Positions 1 to 10,658 of a DNA stretch of 64,000 bases are shown one piece after another. Position 1 is the first letter of the stretch; every line of letters starts with the position of its first letter. The notes beneath the pieces are model-generated. The model saw only the letters and a program-made list of their open reading frames with translations, did no database searches and was not told where the DNA came from. Made by a program: the position numbers and the translations under genes. Origin of the DNA: Candidatus Pelagibacter sp. (lineage in GTDB: Bacteria > Pseudomonadota > Alphaproteobacteria > Pelagibacterales > Pelagibacteraceae); contig NZ_JBNGZH010000029.1 in assembly GCF_052049775.1 (NCBI RefSeq), positions 6,299-70,298 on the forward strand. The letters run 5' to 3'.

Positions 1-2
1 TA

Positions 3-350
3 AAAGCAATCGCTAAAGAATTATCAATACCTGTAGTTGCTCTCTCACAATTATCAAGACAAGTTGAGCAAAGAGATAATAAAAAACCACAATTATCAGA
101 TTTAAGAGAGTCAGGCTCGATAGAGCAGGACGCAGATGTAGTAATGTTTGTATATAGAGAATCTTATTATTTAGAAAATAAAGAACCAAAGCCAGCAACT
201 GTAGAACATGCTGAATGGCAAGCAAAGATGAATGAAGTATCTAATCTGGCAGAATTAATTATTGGTAAACAAAGACATGGTCCAACTGGAAATGTATTTC
301 TAGAGTTTGAGGCAATGTTTACTAAATTTAAAGATACTCAAATTAACTAA
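3..350 (+). CDS. dnaB: Replicative DNA helicase DnaB, C-terminal part (5' end outside the window)
   Basis: The frame from nt 3 reads [49 protein letters not shown]...[11 protein letters not shown], the DnaB C-terminal motifs. Confidence 0.97.
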   Translation, partial: KAIAKELSIPVVALSQLSRQVEQRDNKKPQLSDLRESGSIEQDADVVMFVYRESYYLENKEPKPATVEHAEWQAKMNEVSNLAELIIGKQRHGPTGNVFLEFEAMFTKFKDTQIN

Positions 351-371
351 ATTCCAATATAAAAGGGTAAG

Positions 372-2759
372 ATGATTGCCCAATTTTATCAAAATACAAT
401 TCTAAAAAATCCAAAGGTAATAGTGATATTTTTGGTTATAGCCTTATTTACTTTTGGCTATTATTCCAAAGATTTTAAACTAGATGCTTCATCAGATACA
501 CTGTTAATTGATGGAGATCCAGACCTTAAATATCTCGAAGAAATTTCAAATAGGTATGGATCAAAAGAATTTTTGATATTAACTTATTCTCCTAATGAGG
601 GGATGATTTCTGATGTTTCTATAAACAATCTTCTCAGTTTAAAATATAAAATTCAAAGTTTAAAATGGGTTCATAGCGTTATTACACTTTTAGATGTTCC
701 TTTATTAAATAATTCGGATGCTCCTTTACAAGAGAGATTAGAAAATTTTAAGACCTTAAAAGATGAAGACATAGATAGAGAAAGAGGTTTTAAAGAGATT
801 TTAAGTAGCCCCGTATTCAGAAATTTTGTTATCAGCGAGGATGGTAAAACCTCCGGAATCATAGTTAATATTAAAAGTAAAAAAACAATAGAAAATATTC
901 CTAATAAAACAAAAGAAGAGATTGAAGCTCATAAAGATTTAATAAAAAAACAAAATCATCAAAATATTCTTGAAATTAGAGATGTCATTGAAAGCTACAA
1001 TAATGTTGGAAAAATAAATTTAGGTGGAATTCCTATGATTGCCGACGATATGATGACATTTATTAAAAGTGATATAATAGTTTTTGGATTGGGTGTTTTA
1101 CTATTTATTATAGCAACATTATGGTTTGTATTTAGAAAACTAATTTGGATTGTTGTCCCGATAAGTAGTTGTTTTTTTTCAGTAATTATCATGACAGGCT
1201 TGCTTGGGTTATTAGGGTGGAAAGTTACAGTTATTTCCTCAAACTTCATTGCATTAATGTTAATTTTAACAATGGCGATGAATATTCACATGAGCACAAG
1301 ATTTTTACAAATTAAAGAAATTCATCCAAACAAAAAAGTTATAGAGCTGATTACTTTAACAACTAATAAAATGTTTTGGCCAATTTTATATACTGCTTTA
1401 ACAACTATTATTGCTTTTTTGTCCTTAATCTTCAGTGAAATAAAGCCGATTATTGATTTTGGATGGATGATGACGCTAGGTTTAATTACGTCATTTATTA
1501 TTACATTTACACTACTTCCATCTCTTATAAACTTTATGCCAAAAGATAAGATCTTTTTAAAAAAACAAGAAGAGTCAAAAATTACCTCTTTCTTAGCTCA
1601 AGTTTCTTTAAATAATCATAAAACTATTTTTACTTTTACTATTATGATAATCGTTCTAAGTTTAATCGGTATAAGCAAACTAGAAGTTGAAAATAGTTTC
1701 ATAAATTACTTTAGTAAAAAAACTGAAATTTATAAAGGTATGAAACTTATAGATGAAAAATTAGGTGGAACAACTCCGCTTGAAGTAATTTTGAAGTTTC
1801 CAAAGAGAGAAAACAAGAAATCTGATGATGAAGATGATTTTGAAGATTGGGGAGATGAAGAAAATGAGAATAATGATAAATATTGGTTTACCAAAGATAA
1901 AATAGATAGAATTTCCTCTGTTCATAACTATCTAGATGATTTGCCTCAAGTTGGAAAAGTCATATCCTTTTCATCAATAATAGATGTGGCAACAATGCTA
2001 AATAATAATAAACCTTTGGGAACATTAGAAATGGGTGTCCTTTATTCAAAAATACCTGAGAGTATTAAGACTGAAATAATTGATCCATATATCTCTATAA
2101 AAGATAACGAGGCAAGAATTAATCTGCGGATTATTGACTCCCAAGAAAATTTGAGGAGAAACGATCTCATAAAAAAAATTAATTATGATTTAAAAAATAA
2201 ATTAGGTTTAAAAGAAAGTGAGTTCAAACTTGGTGGAGTTTTAATTCTATTTAATAACTTACTCCAAAGTCTTTTTAAATCTCAAATACTAACTTTAGGT
2301 TTAGTGATGATAGGAATATTTGGCATGTTTGTGATCTTATTCAAAAATATTAAGCTTTCTCTAATTGGTGTAGTACCAAATTTTATAGCAGCTTTTTTTA
2401 TATTAGGAATAATAGGTTTATTAGGAATTCCATTAGACATGATGACAATTACAATAGCCGCAATTACAATTGGAATAGCTGTTGATAATAGTATTCATTA
2501 TATTTATAGATTTAAGGAGGAATTTAATACTTCGAAAGATTATAATAAAACGCTTATTTTATGCCATTCTACAGTTGGTAAAGCAATTTTGAATACATCT
2601 ATAACAATAGTTTTTGGATTTTCAATATTGGTTTTGTCAAAGTTTATCCCAACGATCTATTTTGGTGTTTTTACTGGATTAGCAATGTTGTTGGCTATGG
2701 TCTCAGTTTTAACATTACTTCCCTCTTTAATACTATTGGTCAAACCCTTTAATAAATAA
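372..2759 (+). CDS. MMPL/RND-family membrane transporter
   Basis: 795 aa with two repeats of TM + periplasmic domain + 5 TM; GIAVDNSIH motif in the second repeat. Confidence 0.9.
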   Translation: MIAQFYQNTILKNPKVIVIFLVIALFTFGYYSKDFKLDASSDTLLIDGDPDLKYLEEISNRYGSKEFLILTYSPNEGMISDVSINNLLSLKYKIQSLKWVHSVITLLDVPLLNNSDAPLQERLENFKTLKDEDIDRERGFKEILSSPVFRNFVISEDGKTSGIIVNIKSKKTIENIPNKTKEEIEAHKDLIKKQNHQNILEIRDVIESYNNVGKINLGGIPMIADDMMTFIKSDIIVFGLGVLLFIIATLWFVFRKLIWIVVPISSCFFSVIIMTGLLGLLGWKVTVISSNFIALMLILTMAMNIHMSTRFLQIKEIHPNKKVIELITLTTNKMFWPILYTALTTIIAFLSLIFSEIKPIIDFGWMMTLGLITSFIITFTLLPSLINFMPKDKIFLKKQEESKITSFLAQVSLNNHKTIFTFTIMIIVLSLIGISKLEVENSFINYFSKKTEIYKGMKLIDEKLGGTTPLEVILKFPKRENKKSDDEDDFEDWGDEENENNDKYWFTKDKIDRISSVHNYLDDLPQVGKVISFSSIIDVATMLNNNKPLGTLEMGVLYSKIPESIKTEIIDPYISIKDNEARINLRIIDSQENLRRNDLIKKINYDLKNKLGLKESEFKLGGVLILFNNLLQSLFKSQILTLGLVMIGIFGMFVILFKNIKLSLIGVVPNFIAAFFILGIIGLLGIPLDMMTITIAAITIGIAVDNSIHYIYRFKEEFNTSKDYNKTLILCHSTVGKAILNTSITIVFGFSILVLSKFIPTIYFGVFTGLAMLLAMVSVLTLLPSLILLVKPFNK

Positions 2760-2763
2760 CTAG

Positions 2764-3309
2764 ATGCAAGATTTTGTTGTAGATTTTTATAAGACTACAA
2801 ATGTTTTAGATATTGTGTATTTAGTAATCACAATTTTTGCATTAATTGGATGTTATAAAAGAGGTTTTGTTTTAAGTATTCTGTCAATGGCTAAATGGTT
2901 TCTAGCCTACATAATTACATTGATAATATTCCCTAGAGCAAAACCTTACTTGAAAGGCATAATAGATAATGAGTATGTTTTAGATATAGTTTTAGGAATT
3001 ACAATATTTGTAATTGTTTTATTTCTAATTCTAATGATTAACAGAGGTATTAAAAAAGCTGTCCGTTTCACTGGCCTTGGAAGTATAGATACAATGTTTG
3101 GATTCTTTTTTGGATTTATCAAAGCTTATATTATATCTGTATGTATCTTCTCAGGTGTACACATTGTATATAATCACGATAAATGGCCAGTAAATTTAAG
3201 TAAATCATTAATCTTTCCATATTTAGAAAAAGGTAGTAATTATTTATTAGAAAAGTTTCCTGATGAAAAAACATATCAAAAATCTAAAGAGAAAATTGAA
3301 AATATTTGA
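2764..3309 (+). CDS. cvpA: CvpA (colicin V production) family membrane protein
   Basis: Four TM segments, GYKRGFVLS and D..FGFFFG motifs, and the classic position directly upstream of purF. Confidence 0.9.
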   Translation: MQDFVVDFYKTTNVLDIVYLVITIFALIGCYKRGFVLSILSMAKWFLAYIITLIIFPRAKPYLKGIIDNEYVLDIVLGITIFVIVLFLILMINRGIKKAVRFTGLGSIDTMFGFFFGFIKAYIISVCIFSGVHIVYNHDKWPVNLSKSLIFPYLEKGSNYLLEKFPDEKTYQKSKEKIENI

Positions 3310-4744
3310 GCCTAAACTCAAAGAAGAGTGTGGTATATTTGGAATAAGTAATACCAAAGATGCATCTGCACTAACTGCCTTAGGACTTCATGCTCTCCAA
3401 CATAGAGGTCAAGAAGGATGTGGTATAGTTACCTTTAATGGTAAACAATATTTTTCTGAAAAAAGATTTGGTTTGGTAGGTGATAATTTTAATAAAGAAA
3501 AAATATTAAAAAAGCTTCAAGGAGATTATGCTATTGGACATAATAGATATAGCACAACAGGTGAAAATACTCTTAGGAACATTCAGCCTTTCTTCGCTGA
3601 TACTAATGCTGGAGGGATCGGCGTAGCTCATAACGGAAATTTAACCAATTCTATTTCTTTAAGAAAAAAGTTAGTTGATGAAGGTGCAATTTTCTACACA
3701 ACATCAGATACAGAAACAATAGTTCAATTAATTGCTAAATCAAAACGGGCAAAAACAATAGATAAAATTGTTGATGCAATTTTTCAAATTCAAGGTGGAT
3801 ACGCTTTAGTAATGTTAACTCAAACTTCATTAGTAGGTGTTAGAGATCCTTTTGGTATAAGACCTTTGGTGATTGGAAAATTAAAGAATAGTTATGTCCT
3901 AGCATCCGAAACGTGTGCTTTAGATATAATTGGCGCAAAATTCATACGAGAAGTTGAAAATGGTGAAATTGTCTTAATAGAAAATAATGAACTGAAAAGT
4001 ATTAAGCCATTTCCACCAAGAAAAGTTAGACCTTGTGTTTTTGAATACATTTATTTTGCAAGACCAGATAGCATGCTTGATGGAAAAACTGCATATGAAC
4101 ATAGAAAAAATCTTGGTTCAGAACTTGCAAAAGAAAATGATATAAATGCTGATATTGTTGTACCAGTGCCAGATTCTGGAAATGCAGCTGCTTTAGGTTT
4201 TGCACAATCCTTAAATGTAAAATTTGAGCTTGGTTTAGTCAGAAATCATTATGTCGGAAGAACTTTCATTGAACCAAGTCAGAAGATCAGAAGTTTAGGT
4301 GTTAAATTAAAATTAAACGCCAATCAATCAACAATTCAAGGCAAAAAAATAATTTTAGTAGATGACTCACTAGTAAGAGGCACCACATCCCATAAAATAG
4401 TTAAAATGCTATATGATGCTGGTGCAAAAGAAGTTCATGTTAGAATTGCCTGTCCAGAAATAAAATTTCCTGATTTTTATGGAGTTGATACGCCAACTAA
4501 AAAAGAATTACTTGCTGCTAATAAAAGTAACTCAGAAATCTGTGAGTACATAGGTGCAAAATCATTGAAATTTTTGTCAGTGAATGGAATGTATCGGGCA
4601 ATTGGTTTTGATAAAAGAAATGAGACTTATCCTGAATTAACTGATCATTATTTTACTGGAGATTATCCTGTCAAACCTATCGATGAACTTGGTGATAGTA
4701 AAATCACACAATTATCATTATTAAATACTGCATCTAATAATTAA
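3263..4744 (+). CDS. purF: Amidophosphoribosyltransferase (true start probably slightly downstream of the ORF start)
   Basis: EECGIFG Ntn nucleophile, LQHRGQE, GHNRYST and the PRPP motif VDDSLVRGTT. Confidence 0.98.
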   Translation: MKKHIKNLKRKLKIFEPKLKEECGIFGISNTKDASALTALGLHALQHRGQEGCGIVTFNGKQYFSEKRFGLVGDNFNKEKILKKLQGDYAIGHNRYSTTGENTLRNIQPFFADTNAGGIGVAHNGNLTNSISLRKKLVDEGAIFYTTSDTETIVQLIAKSKRAKTIDKIVDAIFQIQGGYALVMLTQTSLVGVRDPFGIRPLVIGKLKNSYVLASETCALDIIGAKFIREVENGEIVLIENNELKSIKPFPPRKVRPCVFEYIYFARPDSMLDGKTAYEHRKNLGSELAKENDINADIVVPVPDSGNAAALGFAQSLNVKFELGLVRNHYVGRTFIEPSQKIRSLGVKLKLNANQSTIQGKKIILVDDSLVRGTTSHKIVKMLYDAGAKEVHVRIACPEIKFPDFYGVDTPTKKELLAANKSNSEICEYIGAKSLKFLSVNGMYRAIGFDKRNETYPELTDHYFTGDYPVKPIDELGDSKITQLSLLNTASNN

Positions 4745-5311
4745 ATGAAAAAAGTAAGTTTTACTGAAATGAAAAATGGAACTAAAGAGGATTATCTTTT
4801 TTTAGATAAACATGAAAAAGATTTTGCTAGTAAAACTGCTGATAGAATATTAAAATTTATGTCTGGATTAAATGAAACCTTGGAAGGTTATCAGGTATCA
4901 AGACTTGAGCACTCACTTCAAAGTGCTACGAGAGCTCATAGAAATGGTGAAAGCGAGGAGATGGTTGTAGCTTGTCTGTTGCATGACATCGGGGATGAAT
5001 TGGCACCAATGAATCATTCTGAGTATGCTGCTTCAATTTTAAAGCCCTATGTATCAGAAAAAACTCATTGGATAATTGAAAAACATGGAGAATTTCAAAT
5101 GTATTATTATGCACATCATTTAGGTGGTGATAAAAACAGAAGAGATAAATATAAAGATCATAAATATTATCAAGATACAGTAGATTTTTGTGAAAAATAT
5201 GATCAAAATTCTTTTGATCCTAAATATGAATCTTTACCATTGGAATTTTTCAAACCAATTGTAAAGAAAATTTTTTCTAGAAAACCATACTCTTCTCTAA
5301 AGAATAATTAA
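4745..5311 (+). CDS. HD-domain metalloprotein, PhnZ/TmpB-like subgroup
   Basis: EHSLQSATRA, LLHDIG, NHSEY, KHGEFQ and YDQNSFD match the HD-domain diiron ligand pattern. Confidence 0.75.
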   Translation: MKKVSFTEMKNGTKEDYLFLDKHEKDFASKTADRILKFMSGLNETLEGYQVSRLEHSLQSATRAHRNGESEEMVVACLLHDIGDELAPMNHSEYAASILKPYVSEKTHWIIEKHGEFQMYYYAHHLGGDKNRRDKYKDHKYYQDTVDFCEKYDQNSFDPKYESLPLEFFKPIVKKIFSRKPYSSLKNN

Positions 5312-5328
5312 AAATAAAATTTATATCT

Positions 5329-6624
5329 ATGATTACAGAAAAAGAGCAAATAATTGAATATTTCAAGTCTGGAATTAAAAACAAAAAAGAGTTTAAAATT
5401 GGTATCGAACATGAGAAATTTCTATTTGATAGTCAAAATAATAAGAGAATTGATTATCAAAAAATAAAGGAAATGTTTTCAGCTCTACTTGAATTTGGAT
5501 GGAATCCTGTATTAGAAAACAACAATATTATTGGTTTAAATAAGGGTGGTAAAAATATTACTCTTGAACCAGGTAATCAGATTGAATTATCTGGTGATAA
5601 ACTTACTAATATTCATGAAGCATGTGCAGAATCTTATGATTACTTATTTGAGTTAAAACAGGTCACAAAAAAACTTAACATTAAAATTGTAAGTGCAGGT
5701 TTTGATCCAATATCAAAATTAGATGAGATCCCCAATAACCCTAAAAAAAGATACAAACTTATGACAAGAGATATGCCTTTTGGGGGAGAATTAAGTCTTG
5801 ATATGATGTATCGAACCTGTGGAACGCAGTTAAATTTAGATTACTGTTCGGAAGAAGATTTTAAAAAAAAATTTAAGATAGTTAATTCTCTGGTACCTAT
5901 TTCAATTGCTTTATTCGCTAATTCATCAATAGTTGAGAAGAAAAAAAGTGATTATTTATCTTATCGATCAAAAGTATGGCAAAATACTTCACGAGGTGGT
6001 TTGCCTAAATTGTTCCTAGAAAACTTTGATTTTGAAAAATATGCAGATTTTGTGATTAATTTTCCAATTCTGTTTATACAACAAAAAGAAAATTATTTTT
6101 CAGGTATAGGATACAATTTCAGTGATTTCATGTCAGGAAATATTAAAGAAATAAATAATCGTCTGCCCGATGAAAATGATTTATCAACTCATTTAAGTAC
6201 AATTTTTACGGAGAATAGACTTAAAAAATATATTGAATTAAGATCGATGGATACTTGTGGTTGGGATTGTCTATGTGCGGGCCCAGCATTTAATGTTGGA
6301 ATGTTATATGGAAATGTAGATGAAGTTTATGAATTAATTTCTAGTTGGGATAAAGATAAAATTATGAATGCATATTTAGAAGCACCACAAAAAGGTTTTA
6401 ATACCCAGCTTATGGGTAAAGACCTGCTTTATTGGTCTTCAAAATTATTAGATTTATCTAAAAAGGGATTAGAAAAGAGAGATATAGTTAATAAAAGTGG
6501 AAAAAACGAGACCATATTTTTAAATCATTTACAAAAAGTGATTGATAATAAAACTACAAATGCACATCATATGATTATTAAATTTTCTAAAGATGAAGAT
6601 TTAACTGAATTATATGACAAATAA
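5329..6624 (+). CDS. gshA: Glutamate-cysteine ligase (alphaproteobacterial/plant type)
   Basis: IGIEHEKF, ITLEPGNQIELSG, MMYRTCGTQLNLD and IELRSMD motifs; overlaps gshB. Confidence 0.95.
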   Translation: MITEKEQIIEYFKSGIKNKKEFKIGIEHEKFLFDSQNNKRIDYQKIKEMFSALLEFGWNPVLENNNIIGLNKGGKNITLEPGNQIELSGDKLTNIHEACAESYDYLFELKQVTKKLNIKIVSAGFDPISKLDEIPNNPKKRYKLMTRDMPFGGELSLDMMYRTCGTQLNLDYCSEEDFKKKFKIVNSLVPISIALFANSSIVEKKKSDYLSYRSKVWQNTSRGGLPKLFLENFDFEKYADFVINFPILFIQQKENYFSGIGYNFSDFMSGNIKEINNRLPDENDLSTHLSTIFTENRLKKYIELRSMDTCGWDCLCAGPAFNVGMLYGNVDEVYELISSWDKDKIMNAYLEAPQKGFNTQLMGKDLLYWSSKLLDLSKKGLEKRDIVNKSGKNETIFLNHLQKVIDNKTTNAHHMIIKFSKDEDLTELYDK

Positions 6625-7540
6625 AATTATTGCTATCCAGGGAAATCATCCTTCTAAACTTAACCCTAGAACAGATACCAGTATTTTTTTAGCTCATGAA
6701 ATACAAAAGAAAAATTACAAAATTTTCTATTATGATCCAAAAGATTTATCTATCATTAATTTTAAAGTAATTGCTAAAGGATTCTTCATCAAATTTGATT
6801 ATAAAAAAAAAAGATTTTTCGAAATTTTAAAAAAACAAAAACTAGAGCTAGTTAAGTGTAAATATTTACTTATTCGCCAAGATCCACCATTCAATTTAGA
6901 ATATATTTGTTCAACTCTTATTTTAGATAAAATAAAAAAAAGGGTTAAAGTTATTAATGATCCAACAGCAATAAGAAATGTATCTGAAAAACTTTTTTCC
7001 ACAAAATATCAAAAATTTATGCCTGATACTATTTTTTCACAAAATATTGATGAAATTAAAAAGTTTTTTAAAAAACATAAAAAAGTGATAGTAAAACCTA
7101 TCAATAGCTATAGTGGAAACAATATATATTTATTGATCAAGTTTAATCTAAAATTTTTTCAAAAATTTATTAAAAAACACAGTCATATTATGTGTCAAAA
7201 ATATTTACCTAAGATCAAAGAGGGAGATAAGAGAGTTTTTTTAATAAATGGTAAAGTATGCGGCGCAATATCAAGAATTCCAAAAAAAGGCTCATTTTTA
7301 AGTAATTTAAGCAAAGGTGCAAAACCAATAAATGTAAAATTAACTAATAAAGAAATGAAAATATCAAAATTGATTAGTAAAGATTTAAAAAAAGATAAAA
7401 TTTTCTTTGCTGGGATTGACTTTATAGATGAGCAACTCAATGGTGACATAAATGTTACATCACCTACTGGATTAAAAACTTTCTACGACCTTTCAAAAAT
7501 AAATTTAGCATCAACTTTCTGGAAAGAATTAAAAGCGTGA
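6614..7540 (+). CDS. gshB: Glutathione synthetase
   Basis: DTSIFLA, RQDPPFNLEY, EKLF, EGDKRVFLING and DINVTSPTG (ATP-grasp GshB motifs). Confidence 0.95.
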   Translation: MTNKIIAIQGNHPSKLNPRTDTSIFLAHEIQKKNYKIFYYDPKDLSIINFKVIAKGFFIKFDYKKKRFFEILKKQKLELVKCKYLLIRQDPPFNLEYICSTLILDKIKKRVKVINDPTAIRNVSEKLFSTKYQKFMPDTIFSQNIDEIKKFFKKHKKVIVKPINSYSGNNIYLLIKFNLKFFQKFIKKHSHIMCQKYLPKIKEGDKRVFLINGKVCGAISRIPKKGSFLSNLSKGAKPINVKLTNKEMKISKLISKDLKKDKIFFAGIDFIDEQLNGDINVTSPTGLKTFYDLSKINLASTFWKELKA

Positions 7541-8397
7541 AAAATCTTACAGACCAACAAAAGGGATCGTTATTGGCCTTTGTTGCTGTAATGTTTATTA
7601 CACCAGACTCACTATTTATAAGACTTTCAAATGTAGATACTTGGGGTTTAGTTTTTTATAGGGGAATTATTCCTTTTATGACAGTTTTGATAGGTATGTT
7701 AATCATTTATAAGTTAAATTTCTTTAAAATTCTTTTCACTAGTAGTTATCATGGAATATTTTATGTAATTACATTTAGTGTAACTAATATAACTTTTGTT
7801 GTTTCAATTCAAAATACAAACGTTGCCAATACCTTGGTTATGATTGCGACCGCTCCAATGTTATCAGCTATTCTTGGAGCTATATTTTTAAAAGAACCAC
7901 CTGATAAAAAAACTTGGACCTCTATAATAATTACTTTTTTAGCAATAATATATATCTTCTACGACTCTTTGAAGTTAGGTAATTTCTATGGAGATATTTT
8001 AGGATTTATAACTGCGATAGGTTTAGCGGTTGGAGCAGTTATTATCAGATCTGCTAAAAATAAAAATTTAGTTCCTGCTGCGGTAGTTGGCAAATTATTT
8101 GTAGCAACTTTTGCATTACTTTTTATCGAAAGTTTTGCATTAGTTGGTAAAGATCTTTTGATAGTTCCTATGATGTGTATTTTATGTGTAGCGATACCTT
8201 TTGTGTTAGTAACCATTGCACCAAGGTTTATACCTGCTGCAGAAGTTAATCTTTTTTTTCTGCTGGAGACTATAATTGGTCCAATTTGGGTTTGGTTAAT
8301 CATAAAAGAACAGCCTAGTTTAGAAACACTTCAGGGTGGTCTAATTATAATCACTACCATCGCAATTCACTCGTACTTAAAACTCAAAAATTCTTAA
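7537..8397 (+). CDS. DMT/EamA-family transporter
   Basis: 286 aa, about 10 TM, two EamA repeats. Confidence 0.85.
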   Translation: MKNLTDQQKGSLLAFVAVMFITPDSLFIRLSNVDTWGLVFYRGIIPFMTVLIGMLIIYKLNFFKILFTSSYHGIFYVITFSVTNITFVVSIQNTNVANTLVMIATAPMLSAILGAIFLKEPPDKKTWTSIIITFLAIIYIFYDSLKLGNFYGDILGFITAIGLAVGAVIIRSAKNKNLVPAAVVGKLFVATFALLFIESFALVGKDLLIVPMMCILCVAIPFVLVTIAPRFIPAAEVNLFFLLETIIGPIWVWLIIKEQPSLETLQGGLIIITTIAIHSYLKLKNS

Positions 8398-8455
8398 GCT
8401 CGTCACAATTAAGACTTGATTTAATAATACATCGCGAATAATTACCTCAATTTTT

Positions 8456-9811
8456 ATGAATAAAGTTTTAAAAAACTCCTGGGCATTATTTTTGGGAATG
8501 GGCTTCATCATGATGGCTTATGGATTCCAAGGCTCTCTACTCGGAGTAAGAGCGGTCCAAGAAGAATTTAGCCTTACTTCAACTGGATTTATGATGTCTG
8601 GTTATTTTGTAGGTTACTTTATTGGTGCCGCAACTATTCCAAATATAATTTCAAGAGTTGGTCACATAAGAGTTTTTGCAGCTTTTGCATCTTTAGCCTC
8701 ATTAGTTGTTTTAATTCACTCAGTTATAATTCATCCATTCATATGGTTTTTATTAAGAATACTTACAGGTGTAAGCATGGTCTGCATTTATACGGTTGCA
8801 GAAAGTTGGTTAAATGACAGATCAAGTAATAAAAATCGAGGCAGCGTGCTTTCTATTTATATGGTCATACTTTATGGAACCATGGGTATTGGTATGTTTT
8901 TACTTAACTTTAGTAGTCCTAAAAACTTTCAACCATTTATATTAGTTTCAGTAATTACTTCTGCTGCTTTAATACCTATTTTACTAACTAAAAAAAAACC
9001 ACCAAATTTTAAAAAAATACAAGCCATGAATATGAGAGAATTATATGAAGCTTCACCTTTTGGTATGGTGAGCTCTCTTTTTTATGGAACAATACAATCT
9101 GCTTTATTCACATTGCTAGCAGTTTATGCTACCTCTATGAACTTCACTATTTTAGAAATATCAATTGTAACTTTCTTGCTAGCAATTTCAGGTGCAGTAG
9201 CCCAATTTCCAGTTGGTAAAATTTCAGATATTTACGATAGAAGAAGAGTAATTGTGTTTTCAACATTTGGAGCAGCAATATTCGCAATAATTGCAATATT
9301 TGTTTCAAGACAAATGTATCTACCAGGTGGTCTTGCAACTAGTAAAACATGGTTTTATTTTTTCTTTATTCTTTTTTCATTTTGTAGTTTACCAATGTTT
9401 TCTTTGATCCTGGCACACACAAATGATTATATCTCAAAAGAAAAATTTGTTGCAGCAGGAGCAGGGTTACAATTTGCTTTTGGATTAGGTGCGATGAGCG
9501 GTCCATTTCTTTGTTCAATATTTATGGATCTAGTTGGACCAAATGGTTTCTTTGTGTTTCTATTTATTTTTCATTCTTTTATTGGATTTTTTGGAATATA
9601 TAGAATGAAAGTTAGAAAAACTGTTGAAAATCCAGACTCTCAGTTCGTTGCTATGCCACAAACCATAACTCCAGCAGGTATTGAACTCAATCCTACTACT
9701 GAACACATAGAGGAACCATATTCTGAAAAAGTTAAAGAAATTTTAGAAAGAAAAGGTGTAAAATATAAAAAAGACGAGACCGAAGATCAAAAAGAGGAAG
9801 TGACATACTAA
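8456..9811 (+). CDS. MFS transporter (YcaD-like)
   Basis: 12 TM; SRVGHIRVF, ESWLND and SDIYDRRRV loop motifs; hydrophilic C-terminal tail. Confidence 0.9.
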   Translation: MNKVLKNSWALFLGMGFIMMAYGFQGSLLGVRAVQEEFSLTSTGFMMSGYFVGYFIGAATIPNIISRVGHIRVFAAFASLASLVVLIHSVIIHPFIWFLLRILTGVSMVCIYTVAESWLNDRSSNKNRGSVLSIYMVILYGTMGIGMFLLNFSSPKNFQPFILVSVITSAALIPILLTKKKPPNFKKIQAMNMRELYEASPFGMVSSLFYGTIQSALFTLLAVYATSMNFTILEISIVTFLLAISGAVAQFPVGKISDIYDRRRVIVFSTFGAAIFAIIAIFVSRQMYLPGGLATSKTWFYFFFILFSFCSLPMFSLILAHTNDYISKEKFVAAGAGLQFAFGLGAMSGPFLCSIFMDLVGPNGFFVFLFIFHSFIGFFGIYRMKVRKTVENPDSQFVAMPQTITPAGIELNPTTEHIEEPYSEKVKEILERKGVKYKKDETEDQKEEVTY

Positions 9812-9919
9812 ATATATCCCTTTCAGGTTGTAACTCATTTAAGTCAGACTATAAAAATTTTTTTGAGAATCTTATTGAATAATTTTCATTTATCTAGTGA
9901 AATAAATAAAAATTAAAAA

Positions 9920-10651
9920 ATGCCGTTAAAAAAAAAGAAAACAAAAATTAAAAAAAAAACTAACGGGCTTGCTAAAATAGCATCGTTTACGACAAGTTCG
10001 CTTAGCAGCGCATTAACTAATTATAAGAAAAAAAAAGAACAAGAAAAAATCAAAGCTATTAAGTTACAAAAACTTGAGGAAAGAAATTCTTATCAAAAGG
10101 AGAAGAAAGAATTGAAACTTTGGGAGGATAGGCTCAATAAAGAAAGTAGTAAAATCCGCTCAAATGAAGAAGAGCTAAGAATAAGAGAAAAAGAAATTAG
10201 GTCTAAAGAAGATCAACAAAAAATTGAAAGTGAAAGACTAACGAAAAAAGATGAAGAATTAGTGCTCGTTGCAAAAGAATTAAGAGAAAAAGAAAAACAA
10301 TTAAAAACTAGAGAAGAAGAGCAAAATAGAAAAGATATCGATTTAAAAGTAAGGGAAGATGAACAAAAAAATAAAGAATTAAAAGAGCAAAGACGTAAAA
10401 ATAGAGAATTAAAAATATTGAAAGAAGAGGAAGATAGACAAAAAGAAGCTGAGTTTATCAAAATAAGAGAGTGGGAAGAAAAATTTGACAGAGAACAAAA
10501 GCAAAAAGAACAAGAAGAAATTAGACGTGAACAAAGACTTATTCAAAAAGAAATAGAAAAAAGAGCAAGATTTGATGAAATTGACAAAAATCTTAAAAGT
10601 TCATCAAGTGGATTAGAGAATTTTAATATAGATAAATCTAAAGAAAATTAA
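9920..10651 (+). CDS. Hypothetical highly charged (K/E/R/Q) helical or coiled-coil protein
   Basis: 243-aa ORF fills the gap between the MFS gene and the amidinotransferase; almost entirely E/K/R/Q after about residue 35. Confidence 0.75.
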   Translation: MPLKKKKTKIKKKTNGLAKIASFTTSSLSSALTNYKKKKEQEKIKAIKLQKLEERNSYQKEKKELKLWEDRLNKESSKIRSNEEELRIREKEIRSKEDQQKIESERLTKKDEELVLVAKELREKEKQLKTREEEQNRKDIDLKVREDEQKNKELKEQRRKNRELKILKEEEDRQKEAEFIKIREWEEKFDREQKQKEQEEIRREQRLIQKEIEKRARFDEIDKNLKSSSSGLENFNIDKSKEN

Positions 10652-10658
10652 TCTTTTT

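Noticed and set aside
6614-7540. Very AT/Lys-rich genes (gshB, and also guaA and panB) as foreign DNA or frameshifted pseudogenes
   Set aside because: The frames are intact with all motifs despite long A-runs, and the composition fits AT drift in weakly expressed core genes. No GC or codon statistics were computed.
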